Positions 1-12,350 of a stretch of 64,000 nucleotides of DNA are shown one piece after another (position 1 is the stretch's first letter; the number at the start of each line of letters is the position of its first letter). Position numbers and translations under genes: made by a program. The notes under the pieces are model-generated. The model had not been told where the DNA came from. It did no database searches and was given only the letters and a program-made list of their open reading frames with translations. Origin of the DNA: Eledone cirrhosa. Taxonomy: Eukaryota. Where the stretch lies: positions 176,328,001 through 176,392,000 of the forward strand of contig OZ024741.1 of assembly GCA_964016885.1 (NCBI GenBank), written 5' to 3'.

Positions 1-124
1 TATCTTTGTTTACTAGTGTGAGTTTACATGTGTTTGTTGTTATTGTACTTGTGTATATATTTATTTATTTATTTATTTATATTTCTCTTAAGTCAGTATT
101 GTTTGTTTGGGTGTGGTTGATGTT

Positions 125-360
125 GTTATACCATTCATTTTTTCTGCCTAACTTTGGTTTTCAAAGCTCTATTTCGCTCACTTCTCTGATTTGCCCATCT
201 GTTGGGTCTTTTCTATCTTTAGATATTATTTTAATTTCTATGTTGTCTATGTTACCGTCATGTTTTTGTCTGGCGTGTTCGTATAGTACTGAACCGTTTT
301 TTTATCCTTTTAATTCCCTCCAGTGTTGGTCTATTGTTTCTCTTATGCTTCGAGCATGCA
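125..360 (-). pseudogene. C-terminal fragment of a GIY-YIG endonuclease from a PLE (Neptune/Nematis-like rather than Naiad)
   Basis: The minus strand translates, with a frameshift and a stop, to roughly RSIRETIDQHWRELKD..SVLYEHARQKH..IKIISKDRKDPT..QIRE..EI...PKLGRKNEW. This resembles the PLE EN C-terminal pattern R..EH...S.L..H...H...R.I.E..I...P.LN.K.EW. Confidence 0.55.
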
Positions 361-655
361 AATAGTTAACGTTGAATTATCTACTATGTTAAAAAGTATA
401 TTTAATTTTATAGTTTAAAACTATTACATTTTAATCATATTGTTATTGATTAATTATATATGTAATTGATTAATTATATATGTAATTGATTAATTATATA
501 TATGTATTTGATTAATTATACATTAATAAATAATTGCAGTTACTGGTGGCTGTATATATTATTCAAAGCTTCTAATCTATTGTAAGACTGTATTCGTTGA
601 GTAATCATCGAACCATATTAATCTTTGGTCATATATATATATATATATATATACA

Positions 656-836
656 ATAATTGTTTCTACTTTAGGCACAAGGCCAGCAATCACCCAGTGC
701 ATTACGGGTACTTTATTTTATCGACCCCGTAAGGATGAAAGGCAAAGTCAACCTCGGCGGGATTTGAACTCAGATCATAAAGGGACGTAACTATGCTGGA
801 AAGCATGGCGTCCGACCCTCTACCGATACTGCCAAT
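656..836 (-). mobile_element. tRNA-type SINE (octopod-like family)
   Basis: B-box-like GAGTTCAAATCCC, central GCCTTTCATCCTTACGGGGTCGATAAAATAAAGTACC and tail GGCCTTGTGCCTAAAGTAGAAACAATTAT. About ten related copies occur in the window. Confidence 0.85.
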
Positions 837-1241
837 AATGAGAGGTATACAGATATATGTGTATACATACATATACATGTATATATAAACATATATTTTT
901 CACAAGTATGTGAGATTGTACGTTGTCGACCTTAACCAGTGTTGCTCTATGATTATGAGAGACAAGATAATCGAAATAATTAAATTGACACAATATCAGA
1001 GTTATGTAAAATACTATAAAAAGGAATAATATTCTCCCTCCGCCTTTCTGAGATTTTCTCGCATGCTACTGACGTATGTAGTTAGGGCTCTTTCCCCTGA
1101 GGGGCTCCCTTGATAAGCTGGCTTACCTCACAACAATGTTACATATCTATGATATAACATATTTGCATAGTGACCAGCGAAACTGTAAAGTCGGGACTTA
1201 AGAAAAAAATAGGTATATCGTATCTATTATTCCTTTATATA

Positions 1242-1272
<31 letters not shown>

Positions 1273-1274
1273 TT

Positions 1275-1420
1275 ATTATAAGAACAGATTAAAGTTCAAG
1301 CAAAGAATGACTGCTTTCACCCCTACCAGGATCTTCTGATTTCAGAAACTGATTTTCAAAAGATCCCGTTAAGGGTGAAAGCAGCAATTCTTTGCTTAAA
1401 CTTTAATCTGTTCTTATAAT
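1275..1420. repeat. Inverted repeat (about 65-bp arms) of the HHR-bearing segment of the PLE pLTR family seen at 13200-13560 and 44060-44600
   Basis: ATTATAAGAACAGATTAAAG...CTTTAATCTGTTCTTATAAT. The right arm matches 44410-44480. Flanked by (TA)n. Confidence 0.85.
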
Positions 1421-1457
1421 ACATATTTGCTTTATGGGTTTATATATATATATTTAT

Positions 1458-1783
1458 ATATAATAGAAAACGAAAAATCAGTGATGCATCTGAACTCAGT
1501 TTATTGTGAGTTACAGTTGTTTCTCCGGCGGACAGCTCGAGTTTGATTCTGGACCCGCATGTTCGACGGACACGTCTAAATGATTTCGGTGCATATTCTC
1601 TCAGTCAGAAAATAAGCTCCGAAATCATTAAACGTGTCCGTCGAACCTGCGGGTCCAGAATCAGACAGATCCACACAATGATCCACACAATGATCACACC
1701 TCGAGCTGTCCGCCGTCGAGACAATTGTAACACACAATAAATTTAGTTCAGATGCATCACTGATTTTTCGTTTTCTATTATAT
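1458..1783. repeat. Long inverted repeat (about 140-bp arms) in a (TA)n context
   Basis: ATAATAGAAAACGAAAAATCAGTGATGCATCTGAAC...GTTCAGATGCATCACTGATTTTTCGTTTTCTATTAT. The right arm has an extra segment of about 30 bp. The arm consensus contains the HHR-like 3' half GAAACAATTGTA. Confidence 0.9.
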
Positions 1784-1847
1784 CATACTCTGCTCTGTAA
1801 GTGCTCAACCGGCATACGGCCTATGGAAGTATCTTAGCTGCCATCAG

Positions 1848-1964
<117 letters not shown>

Positions 1965-2698
1965 CCTTATCGAGCCCTCTTCGGATTGTAGTCTTCACAT
2001 TTATTATTACTGTATATATATTTATTTATATGTAATGGCATTTTTACATATGCTAACTCTGATAACTCACTGATTTCAGTGAACATTCAAACAAAAAATG
2101 TTTGAAACTATCTGGGGTTTAACAGTAAAGTTATGGTATTTCAGATTAAATTTCACATGTTTGGGGCAAGTCAAGGGTGTTAAATCCATTATCCGTGTTA
2201 CAATTTTAACTGGTATTACTTTGGGCAAATCTGAAGTCGTTTTCTGATTTTAAACCTGGATACACCAATATTGAAATATGGATAAGATAAATGTACACCA
2301 ATTTAACATTACGACGGATATTAAATATTTCGGCATTTTAAAATTTCGCTAGAAAGCTAACATATGTTGTAAGCGTGTTTAGGCGTTATAAATATTAGAT
2401 ATGTTTCTATATACCTATGGCAATTCTGATGCAACTTGGCATTTCATTTAATTATTTTTAGTCAAAAGTTAGCACATTTGCAACGGGGAAAATATAACAG
2501 ACGTTATTTATTTGTAGCTAAGAGCTATTATTTCCAAATGGCAAGTTATAGAGGCATTTTATATTTCCATCTATTGAGGAATCAATATATTCTTGAAATT
2601 GGAAAACAGAAATTTTCCATTGTCTTGAAAACCTCTTTAAGTGTTATATCCCTACAAATTACAATTTTGCTACAAGGCTTAAAGATGTTCCAAGTATA

Positions 2699-2820
2699 TT
2701 CTGAGTTCAAATCCAGCCGAGGTTGACTTTTGCCTTTCATCCTTACGGGGTCGATAAAATAAAATACCAATAATACACTGGGTATTTGCTGGCCTTGTGC
2801 CTAAAGTAGAAACAATTATA
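2699..2820 (+). mobile_element. 5'-truncated SINE (same family as 656-836)
   Basis: CTGAGTTCAAATCC...GCCTTTCATCCTTACGGGGTCGATAAAAT...CCTAAAGTAGAAACAATTAT. Confidence 0.85.
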
Positions 2821-3668
2821 TGTTATAAACATTTAACAAGCAAGATAAAGACATGGAAACAAATACACATACATTCATCCCTTTTCTCTTTTCAATTTAA
2901 AAAAACAAGGACAATGTCTTTTCACGTACATACCATGTCGTTGTAATGATTTTTCAATTAGCAAAGGCCAATGAATTTGGGGCGAAAGCAAAGTTGATTA
3001 AATGAAGCACCAGTACTTCACTGGCATCTCGACCGCTGCTCTTACACTACTGGTCATTCTCTGCTTGAGAGTTATTTCATATACTTGTTTTTTGACTTGG
3101 GTTGGGAGGAATAACATGAAACGTTGATTATGACAGGTTTTGAACTCCGCACTGAAATAAATGAAATGCATCATATTCTACTAGCCCCATTTCAGTCCTG
3201 TTAAAACATTATTTAGTAGGAATATTAGTTCTATTAACAAGACATATTGTATTCCTATGTCTCTTTTGTTTCTCTGTGAAGGTGAAGCTTTGTTGTCCGC
3301 TAATGGACATTCTTTACAAATTATCGTAGATCTATCTAGATATCCTATTTCCTCAGTCATGTTTTAAGATCATTTCTTTCGTACAATTACTCTCATTGGT
3401 TACGTATTTGATGATAGAAAATTACTTACTGTTTTCTACCATTACACACCAACATATTTGCAAATTTATGTCATTACAAAGACATTCTATCTGTAGTTTA
3501 TGTTTCAACACAATACACTAATCAAATCATTTCAGATGCCATTCAAGAAAGGCCAGGAACAATGATAGAATAATATAACTGACAGTGATTATTCATACAT
3601 TTTCGTATTTCCCTAGTATCTGTTCTTGGTGTACATACATGCATACTTGTATACACACTTGCATTTAT

Positions 3669-3760
<92 letters not shown>

Positions 3761-3769
3761 ATCTATCTA

Positions 3770-3814
<45 letters not shown>

Positions 3815-4684
3815 GTATGGGCCATTCACCTCTATAGTTTGAAAACAATGAATTACAAATTGGTCAGAATACATAAAATTTATCGTGTAGGCAAGAGAGA
3901 CTTCGGAATAAATATATAAGTTTGCAAGTAAGTTGGTAAATCATGTTACTTTGCAACTCTAATATATATATATCTATAAATATGGAAAGTTAAATAATAA
4001 AAAAAGTCATTGACAGTGCTTTACTGCTGTTACTATTAACTACAGTGATAGTTAGGGTAGTTATGGCAGTGACTTTAGTATTGCAACTATAAGTATATAT
4101 GTAACTACTTGTTGCTCATAAATAAATTATGATGCTACTTATCAAAGAGCTGGTTGTTATTCTTAGCCACTGTAGTGATGAAATATAACATTCCCTTGAC
4201 AAGGATTCCTCTTATTTGCACAACAGGCGGGCATTGTAATGAAATTAGCGTGCAGCTTGGTGAGTATTCCAGAGACCCATCCACTTTTAACGAAGTTCTA
4301 ATGGAAATTCAATATGACCGTATATACAAGGCAGGCCGTTTGGATTGAACCTGCAATTATACAATTGACTAACCACCAGTTCTAATGGAAATTCAATATG
4401 ACTGTGATCGAACCTGCAATTATACGATCATGAGCCGAATTGACTAACCAACACTAAGTTATGCGGCTTCACTATAAGTGTATAGTGCTATATTTAATAT
4501 CAACTAGACCACCCGTGTCCCGTTGGGTCACGTTCATTACAAAATATTCTTTTTAAATTATGTTCACTTATGAATAATTTTAAAATAATTAAAATATACA
4601 GAGACATGAAATTGAACTGGAAAGCCCATACATATACGTGTGTGTATGTATATATATATAAATATGTGTGTGTGTATACATATA

Positions 4685-4715
<31 letters not shown>

Positions 4716-4906
4716 GGGTGTTTGTGATCTATATACATTGGTCATAGAGACACACACATATATACACACATATATACACACACACACACTCACATATTTA
4801 TATACGTAATAACACCACCAGCTCTCTCCCTGTCGCTTACATTCTCCTTCTATCTCCTCTCCCTTTCTCTATGTCTCTCTCTCAATCTACATACTCATTA
4901 ACACTA

Positions 4907-4989
<83 letters not shown>

Positions 4990-4990
<1 letters not shown>

Positions 4991-5197
4991 TTTCTGTTTA
5001 TGAAGGTACCCAGAAGAAACCAATATCTCGGAAATCCGTGCTCCGATTTGCGCGAAACTTTTTAAATTCCATTTGTATTCTCATTTCAGCGTCAACTACC
5101 TTTAAAAGTATTTTCCCATTATGCACCCTTTTGGCTGTATTACATTACAGACTAGCAAGCAAGCAAGCAATCACAGAGTTTTAGTAATATATAGATA
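4990..5197 (+). mobile_element. Short non-autonomous Helitron/DINE-like remnant
   Basis: ATATCTCGGAAATCC...CCGATTTGCGCGAAAC, followed by (GCAA)n and the terminus TTTTAGTAATATATAGAT, which resembles non-autonomous Helitron-type ends. Confidence 0.4.
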
Positions 5198-6639
5198 CAT
5201 GACACCAAACATTGTAAAGGCTTAGGTTGTTCGACGCTACTTGTTTTCCTGTATTTTATCGAGAGCAGGTACATTCTAGAAAGAAAAAATCACTCATTAT
5301 AGTATATATTTTTGATGTTGCTTATACCGGTGAAAAGCATGTCGCTTATGCATCACTATATGTATAGATCAGTAACCGCTGATAAAATCGTAGGGACACC
5401 ATTTTAGACCTAACAGATTTCATCCTTCCAGATCGGAGCACAGCCTATTTCTTTCAGATAAGGAAAGGGCGAGAATGATAGAGAGAAAGTGAGGAAGAGA
5501 TGCAAACGAAGAAAATATTCAAGTACTCAATTGGTACTTTTGTATCGACATCGAAGAAAGGAATTCCCCACACATAGCTGGTGAAATTAGTAGTTAGGTA
5601 TCTTGGTCATGGTCATATGAATATAAACCATCGACGTTTTTGTAAATCATCTTTCATCGTATTAACTCGAACATCACCATCTCTCAACAATACCCAGTGT
5701 GCTGTGCTTCACTTAAGTATTTACTGTTTCGTAGAAAAGTCCATTAATGACTACATTTCTTATATATCGTTGCAGAGATTGCAATTCTGGCAACACAATA
5801 TGATCCGCCGATGTTTCGATTGGCAATTCTGATTCTATTCATTTATCACCCTGTAAACACAGATCACAGTGTATTATTTCTCTGTAACTTTTTACATTCG
5901 TCCAATTATTTGAGAATTGCGTTGAGAATACCATCTTGGAATCAATAATCCCATCATAGAAATGATAAAGGATAAACATGTATTTATCTTTTCTATTGCT
6001 CTCGTTACTACCATGTAATATTTCCATTGACAGCAAATAGTTCTAATATAATACACATTGTAAAAAATGCAACTAGAGATATTCATCAATGTGGGAATGG
6101 GTCACGTTGACCTATCATTCTTAGAAAATAGTATGCCAATTGAATGTAACTAACCGATATGAGGAATGTAAAATTAAGTTTCACGTCGAGACATACGACG
6201 AAATATTTATAATAAAATGACAATACTGAAAGTCATAATAAATGTTGGATGTGTAATTGTGACTGTGGACATAGCATGATCAAAGGGATAAGAATTGTTT
6301 CGAAATCAGAAGGTTCTAGGTTCCACTGCTGAAATTTTTGTCAACTGTCATTTACCATATCGTTGGTTGGCCCAATTCTTGAGAGTGAAATTGGGTAGAT
6401 AGAAACTATTTTGATGCCTTTTGGATGGACTCTACCATCCAAAAACTAGTATTCCCAGTTCCCATTAAAATATCCAATGCCTCTCAGACCAAAATTGAAA
6501 TCAAAATATAGGACAGATAATCAAAAGCGAAGACAAATTCATTTACGAAACAATAATACAAACAAATATTGTTTATTGCATTGGTCAGGCGAAAAAATGT
6601 TTGTCAGAGAAGTTGTGTGTTGCTATAAGGAAAACAATA

Positions 6640-7195
6640 GAACTATCATTAGGGTGTCTTAATATTATTGAAATTTGTTGCACTTTGGTGAATAGGCATC
6701 ATAACTTGTCATTTACCTATGGTTTAAATTTCATATAAATCGAAGGGAAAAAGCGGGGATTTTGTGCTCCCGGGAACCCTTTGATTAAAATGAAATATAC
6801 TTATCCAAGTACTCTGGTCAATGTAGTTTCAGAATATATATGGTTATTGGGGTCTATCTCCAAAACAATTTCTTGAAATCTTGTTCAATTTATTGGCCAA
6901 CATTTTCACTATAGGGCGTTCAACCCTCATTAGGGTGTCTTAATATTATTGAAATTTACTTAAAGTTTGTAAATAGGCATCATCTGCTGTCATTTACCTA
7001 TGGTTAAAATTTCATATAAATCGAAGGAAAACAGTTTTCAGTGAGGGTTTTGATTAAAATGAAATATACGTAAGAAATGAAATGGGCATGAGCCCCACAC
7101 ACGTCTCAAGTTTTATCAAGATCGGTTTGGTAGTTTTTGAGTTTTAGGTTCACAAACAAATCCACAAACACTCAGACAGAAATTGCCATATATGT
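6640..7195 (+). mobile_element. Non-autonomous Helitron/DINE-like remnant with an internal duplication (about 6647-6800 vs 6928-7069)
   Basis: CATTAGGGTGTCTTAATATTATTGAAATTT occurs twice. The 3' end is CAAGTTTTATCAAGATCGG...AGTTTTTGAGTT...ACAAACAAA...ACAGA. Confidence 0.45.
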
Positions 7196-7209
7196 GTATA
7201 TATATATAT

Positions 7210-7498
7210 ACATATATAGTTAGAGAAGCTAAAAAATTGCTTATTGTGATCCAGTTTTTGGATAAGAAAGCCAGTTTCATGGATGGTTTCAACGTACGGT
7301 TAGGGGTAACTCCACAAGTTTGTAAGAATTCCGTTCAATCTTGGAGTATAAACTATTTTGAAAATTTGGACTGTGAACAACAATTATAATTGAGTGGCTG
7401 CTATTTGCAGTATAGCAATATAAGGTTGCACTTACCAAAGAAACGGTCGTAAATACCTGGATAAAATCCTTCTCTTAATGCTTACCTGTGTTTTCTCT
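7210..7498. mobile_element. Solo PLE pLTR-type fragment between (TA)n tracts
   Basis: Near-identical to 58992-59125 plus 61028-61170, and inverted at 59135-59278, which flank a PLE endonuclease fragment. Confidence 0.75.
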
Positions 7499-7881
7499 TT
7501 TATATACATATATATATATCGTTTTCAAATATAAAAACTGGAAAGTTGTAGGTGAAAAACTTATATCAGCTCAAAATAAGGTAATTTATTATAATAAACT
7601 GTACACACGGCTACATATAATATTAGAAAGAAAAAAACAACAACAAAAAACATTTACATGCATTCCTTTTCTGTTGATTAATTACACGTGGAGCAAATTA
7701 TTCATTAAAATATGTTATAAATCACTTATTAACATCATGATTTACAATTGTTTGATCCTTGTGGGACTAATCAAAATCGATTATGTGATAAACAATTATT
7801 CCTCTTTTTGAACTCCTTAGTCAACAATAAGAGATATTGGTTGTCACGTGCAGCATTATTTCGTTCACATTAGCATTCAAA

Positions 7882-7978
7882 TGAATGTCATATATCTAAA
7901 TATCACGAATGTCATATATCTAAATATCATGAATGTCATATATCTAAATATCACGAATGTCATATATCTAAATATCAT
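7882..7978. repeat. Minisatellite, 24-bp unit x4
   Basis: GAATGTCATATATCTAAATATCA(C/T) in tandem. Confidence 0.9.
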
Positions 7979-8640
7979 CGTAACCATAAGCATGTCAATT
8001 TTTCTACATAATAAATTCTTTAGAAAGGCAACAAAAAAAAAAGAGATTTTTTTTCAGCTGCATGAACTCACGCATACACACACCCACACAACTACACACT
8101 CCCCATATACAGACCCACGCTCACAAATAGGCCTTTCTAAATAAAAGTATATATGTGCATGTATACATGCAAAAGTGTATAAATTATCAAACTTAATAAT
8201 GACAAAATCACGTAGATTAGTGAATCTATCAATACATTTTACCCCCCAAACAAAATATATACACTAGTGATTGATTAGGTGAAAGAAGGTAATTTATCAC
8301 CCCCAACTTCATCAAACACACCCACTTTCTCACACACACATACATCTCAGTACGTGTCTACCACCGCTACAATCCAAAAAAATTGGTCCATGCGTGCGTA
8401 TATACACACATGTGTATTCGCAAAAATGAATGTGTTTTTACTATTATATAAATACATCAAATACAACTACACGAGCCAATTAAAGGGAGTCGAACAAAAG
8501 GTTTGTCAGCATATAATCCAGAATGTACATGAGAGCGTGTGTGCATGCACATATTCACCCACAGGTGTACATGTGTATACTCCAGCATAGAGGTTAGTGA
8601 CAGACGTACAGATAACAACTTTCCTCTTCCCCCCAAGGTA

Positions 8641-8818
8641 ATAATAACTGTTTCTAGTTTTAGCACAAGGCCAGCAATTACATCAGTGCATTACTGATGC
8701 TTTATTTTATCGACCGCGAAAGTTAACTTCGGCGGTATTTGAACTCAGACCATAAAGGACTAACTCTATGCTGAAAAGCATGGCATACGACCCCCTACTG
8801 ATACAGCCAATTCACCGC
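8641..8818 (-). mobile_element. SINE (same family)
   Basis: Reverse complement of the head, B-box and tail, with a deletion in the central domain. Confidence 0.8.
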
Positions 8819-8911
8819 TAATCCACAAAGGGAGGTAAGCATAATGTAATAATAACTTTGGTATTTTTGTCATTCAGATGGAGGAATGTCTGTGTCCTTA
8901 ATTTTATTTCT

Positions 8912-9881
8912 TACTAGCAGTAAAGCCCGGCGTTGCTCGGGGTCGCTCAGTAGCTGTGTTAAAGTTACAATGTTAAGTTTCTTTCTTGGCTTAAAAACTG
9001 TAGTGTCTACTGTGCAGACTTGCATGTGGTGTTTTTGATTAATATTCCCTCAACCAACAATATGCCTTATGAAGTTAAGAAAACATAACGATAACCCGAA
9101 TGTTATAACAAAAGAGGATGCTGGGGATAGAAACTGCACTGGTTATTTATTAACAAAGATCGAAAATGTAAACACTGCAACGCAGAGAAAAACATTAGCG
9201 TAACCAAATTATCAGTTATGTCTGTCTGCACGCCTATATCACCTCTCTGCACGACTGTCTGTCTGCACGCCTATATCACCTCTCTGCACGACTATCTGTC
9301 TGCACGCCTATATCACCTCTCTGCACGACTGTCTGTCTGCACGCCTATATCACCTCTCTGCACGACTGTCTGTCTGCACGCGTATATCACCTCTCTGCAC
9401 GACTGTCTGTCTGCACGCCTAACGAAATTTACAGATACATATATTTTATATAAACTTATATAATTTTTGCTTTTTTTTACGAAATATTTGCTTGTTTTAA
9501 GTAGTTTTTAAATAGACTTGTTTTCAAGTAAAAATATTGTTTTAAAAGGCTTGTTTTACGTAGTCATTAAATCGTGTATTGTGTTAATGTCATTTTAAAC
9601 GCTGAGAAAGCCAGCGTAATTTTTTTAATTTTTGCAAGCAGACGCTCAATGTAAACAGAACAAAGGGAAATAACTGATCACTTACGCTCAAAAATCGATA
9701 CATTATATTCGATTTCGTCACATAGGGTGGGTCAATTTGAAATTATTTTTTTCCCGATGTCTTCGCTAGGGCTCAATGTACAAGTATAGCAATTTCGGTG
9801 CAATTCCGTGAGAGATTCTAAGAGGAGATGTGTGCCAAAAATCGATAGACAGACAGACAACCACAGTTTATATATAGAGAT
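8912..9881 (+). mobile_element. Non-autonomous Helitron/Helentron (DINE/HINE-like) element with an internal minisatellite
   Basis: 5' ACTAGCAGTAAAGCCCGGCGTTGCTCGGG (subterminal hairpin), 3' (GACA)n followed by TTTATATATAGAGAT, and an internal tandem array. Confidence 0.6.
9219..9420. repeat. Minisatellite, 37-bp unit, about 5.5 copies
   Basis: TGTCTGTCTGCACGCCTATATCACCTCTCTGCACGAC in tandem. Confidence 0.95.
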
Positions 9882-10037
9882 TATAATGTAATTATTATTG
9901 TAATTGATAAAGTGTATGTGTTCGTGTTTTTCTATGTATAATTATATGGATTATAGTAGAAAATGTATTTTTTAAAGTCTAGGTTATTGTTAAATATATA
10001 TATGCTGTAGGTTTGACTACTTGTATGTGTGTATGTA

Positions 10038-10207
10038 TAGGGTCGGTCACCATGCTTTACAACATAGAGTTACATCCCTTTGCGGTCTGAATTCAAATCC
10101 CGCCGAAGTAAACTTTGCCTTTCATCCTTACGGAGTCGATAAAATACAGTACCAGTAATGCACTGGGATAATTGCTAGTCTTGTGCCAACAAGTAGGGAC
10201 AATTATT
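10038..10207 (+). mobile_element. SINE (same family)
   Basis: B-box, central GCCTTTCATCC domain and tail. Confidence 0.85.
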
Positions 10208-10221
10208 AAAATTGGAGTGAG

Positions 10222-10432
10222 GGCAGTGGACTGGCAGTATCGGTAGAGGGTCGGTCGCCATGCTTTACAGTTTAAAGTTACGGCCCTTTATGATCTGAGT
10301 TCAAGTGCCGCTGAGGTTAACTTTGCCTTTCATCCTTACGGGGTCGATCAAATAAAGTACCAGTTACGCACTGGGTTCGACTTCCCCTTCCCTAAAATTG
10401 CTGGCCTTGTGCCTATATAGGAAACCGTTGTT
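10222..10432 (+). mobile_element. Full-length SINE (variant tail), in tandem with the previous copy
   Basis: GGCAGTGGACTGGCAGTATCGGTAGAGGGTCGG head, GAGTTCAAGTGCC and the central domain. Confidence 0.85.
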
Positions 10433-10752
10433 ATAATTGAAGTATGCTCTATGCTGTAAAGCACGATGTCCGACGCTCTACAGATACTGCCAATCCAACA
10501 TCGGCCAGCTAGGTATTACCTGGAATATAAGCAACACAAGCAGATGTGTGGTCTCTAAGACATATGCTACAGTTGGCTTTGAAACCACATATAGTCTGCA
10601 TCTGTGTTGCTAAGTTATTTAATGGAATATACTTTAGCCCAATAATTAACATAAATCGGTCTTTTACCTTTATTATGTATACATAAACTCTTCCCAATAA
10701 ACGCATACACGTACACACACACAGAATACTTAGGCACACACATACACACACG

Positions 10753-10798
<46 letters not shown>

Positions 10799-10935
10799 AA
10801 TACATATATATATATATATATAGATATATATCCACATATATACATATATATAAATATAACGAAGGAAATGTGGTAAGGAACCAGGTGGACCATAACGCAC
10901 CAAAGTACTCAATACTTAGGGTAGTAGAGTGGGTA

Positions 10936-11046
10936 ATAGGAACAAGTAAGACCCCGACGGCTGAGCTCAAGCCGTTTCGACTGCTAATTCAGTCCAGAAT
11001 TAGCCGTCGAAACGGCTTGAGCTCAGCCCTCGGGGTCTTACTTGTT

Positions 11047-11051
<5 letters not shown>
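10936..11051. repeat. Palindrome (55-bp arms, 6-nt loop) built from the 3' half of a hammerhead ribozyme
   Basis: Each arm reads stem II strand, GAAA, CGGCT-TGAGCTC-AGCCG, TC, GGGGTC. The loop AGTCCA is at 10991-10996. Abuts (TA)n. Confidence 0.85.
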
Positions 11052-11106
<55 letters not shown>

Positions 11107-11174
11107 CAAGGTCTAGCAAATAGAGAAAAAGTTTTAAAATAAATTTTAAAAAATTCGCTGTACTTACTGTATAT

Positions 11175-11256
11175 GTCTTTACCGCGGTTTCATGCTCCAG
11201 AATAAACGGAAAATCCAAGCGGAATTCCATTGAGAAGGGAGCAATCTTCAGAAGGC
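11175..11256 (-). ncRNA. Type I hammerhead ribozyme (inverted copy of 11641-11723)
   Basis: GCCUU-CUGAAGA-UUGCUCC...GGAGCAU-GAAA-CCGCGG-UA-AAGAC. Confidence 0.8.
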
Positions 11257-11640
11257 TCTTCTCCCTCGGAGAATATGAAACCATACAAAACCATTCCCAA
11301 ATGAGAGCGGATGATGAAAGAATTAATTCTGTCTGGTGCCGTGTGCAAAGATAAAAGGCAGGGTGGACAGGTCAATGTCCAGCCACTAGAAATAGCAGCA
11401 GTCGAAACGGCCAAACTATTATCTCTACCTTAAGGGGAGATCAATAATAATAATAAAGTATGAATTCCTACGTGTAAAACATACATATAGGGAAACAAGT
11501 ATTATCCAACCGTAAGCCAATGTGGTTCTATCGCGGGTTAATAAATTAACTTTCATCATTCGCTCTCATTTGGGAATGGTTTTGTATGGCGTCAGTTTGT
11601 GATTTGAACTCGGGAATTTTATATTCTCCGAGGGAGAAGA

Positions 11641-11723
11641 GCCTTCTGAAGATTGCTCCCTTCTCAATGAAAAATCCGCTTGGATATTCCGTTTATTCTG
11701 GAGCATGAAACCGCGGTAAAGGC
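11641..11723 (+). ncRNA. Type I hammerhead ribozyme
   Basis: Stem I GCCUU/AAGGC, core CUGAAGA (11646-11652), stem II UGCUCC/GGAGCA with an extension, GAAA (11707-11710), palindromic stem III ACCGCGGU and a GUA cleavage triplet. Confidence 0.85.
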
Positions 11724-11912
11724 ACATATAGTAAGTAGAGCGAATTTTTAAAAAATTATTTTAAAACTTTTTCTCTATTTGCTAGACCTTAATTTTATAT
11801 GTTCAGGCTTGTTAATTTATTAACCCGCCATATATAATATATAATCAAGGTTTATCAAATAAGAAAAAGTTTTAAAATAAATTTTAAAAAGTTCACTGTA
11901 CCTGCTATAATT

Positions 11913-11996
11913 ACCCTTACCGCGCGGTTTTAAGTCTCAAAATAAATGGATAATCCATGCGAAAATCCATTGAGAAGAAGACTTTCGTCAGAGGGT
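11913..11996 (-). ncRNA. Type I hammerhead ribozyme, G12A variant
   Basis: ACCCU-CUGACGA-AAGUCU...AGACUU-AAAA-CCGCGCGG-UA-AGGGU. Confidence 0.7.
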
Positions 11997-12062
11997 TCTT
12001 CTCACTCGGAGAATATAAAATTCCCGAGTCCAAATCACAAACTGGCGCCATACAGAACTGTT

Positions 12063-12108
<46 letters not shown>

Positions 12109-12161
12109 AACAGTTCTGTATGGCGCCAGTTCGTGATTTGAACTCGGGAATTTTATATTCT

Positions 12162-12201
<40 letters not shown>

Positions 12202-12267
12202 AACAGTTCTGTATGGCGCCAGTTCGTGATTTGAACTCGGGAATTTTATATTCTCCGAGTGAGAAGA

Positions 12268-12350
12268 ACCCTCTGTCGAAAGTCTTCTTCTCAATGGATT
12301 TCCGCATGGATTATCCATTTTTTTGAGACTTGAAACCGCGCGGTAAGGCT
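12268..12350 (+). ncRNA. Type I hammerhead ribozyme, A6U variant
   Basis: ACCCU-CUGUCGA-AAGUCU...AGACUU-GAAA-CCGCGCGG-UA-AGGCU. Confidence 0.7.

Noticed and set aside
656-836. tRNA gene suggested by A/B-box-like motifs
   Set aside because: It is the head of a multi-copy SINE, with no cloverleaf.
1100-1195. HHR-like remnant UUGAUAA-GCUGG...CCAGC-GAAACUGUA
   Set aside because: Two core mismatches and no convincing stem I.
9219-9420. 37-bp repeats that could suggest a CRISPR array
   Set aside because: Head-to-tail tandem repeats with no spacers, eukaryotic context and no cas genes.
11917-12326. Near-identical ORFs on opposite strands
   Set aside because: A consequence of the inverted repeat. 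The peptide has no protein-family features.
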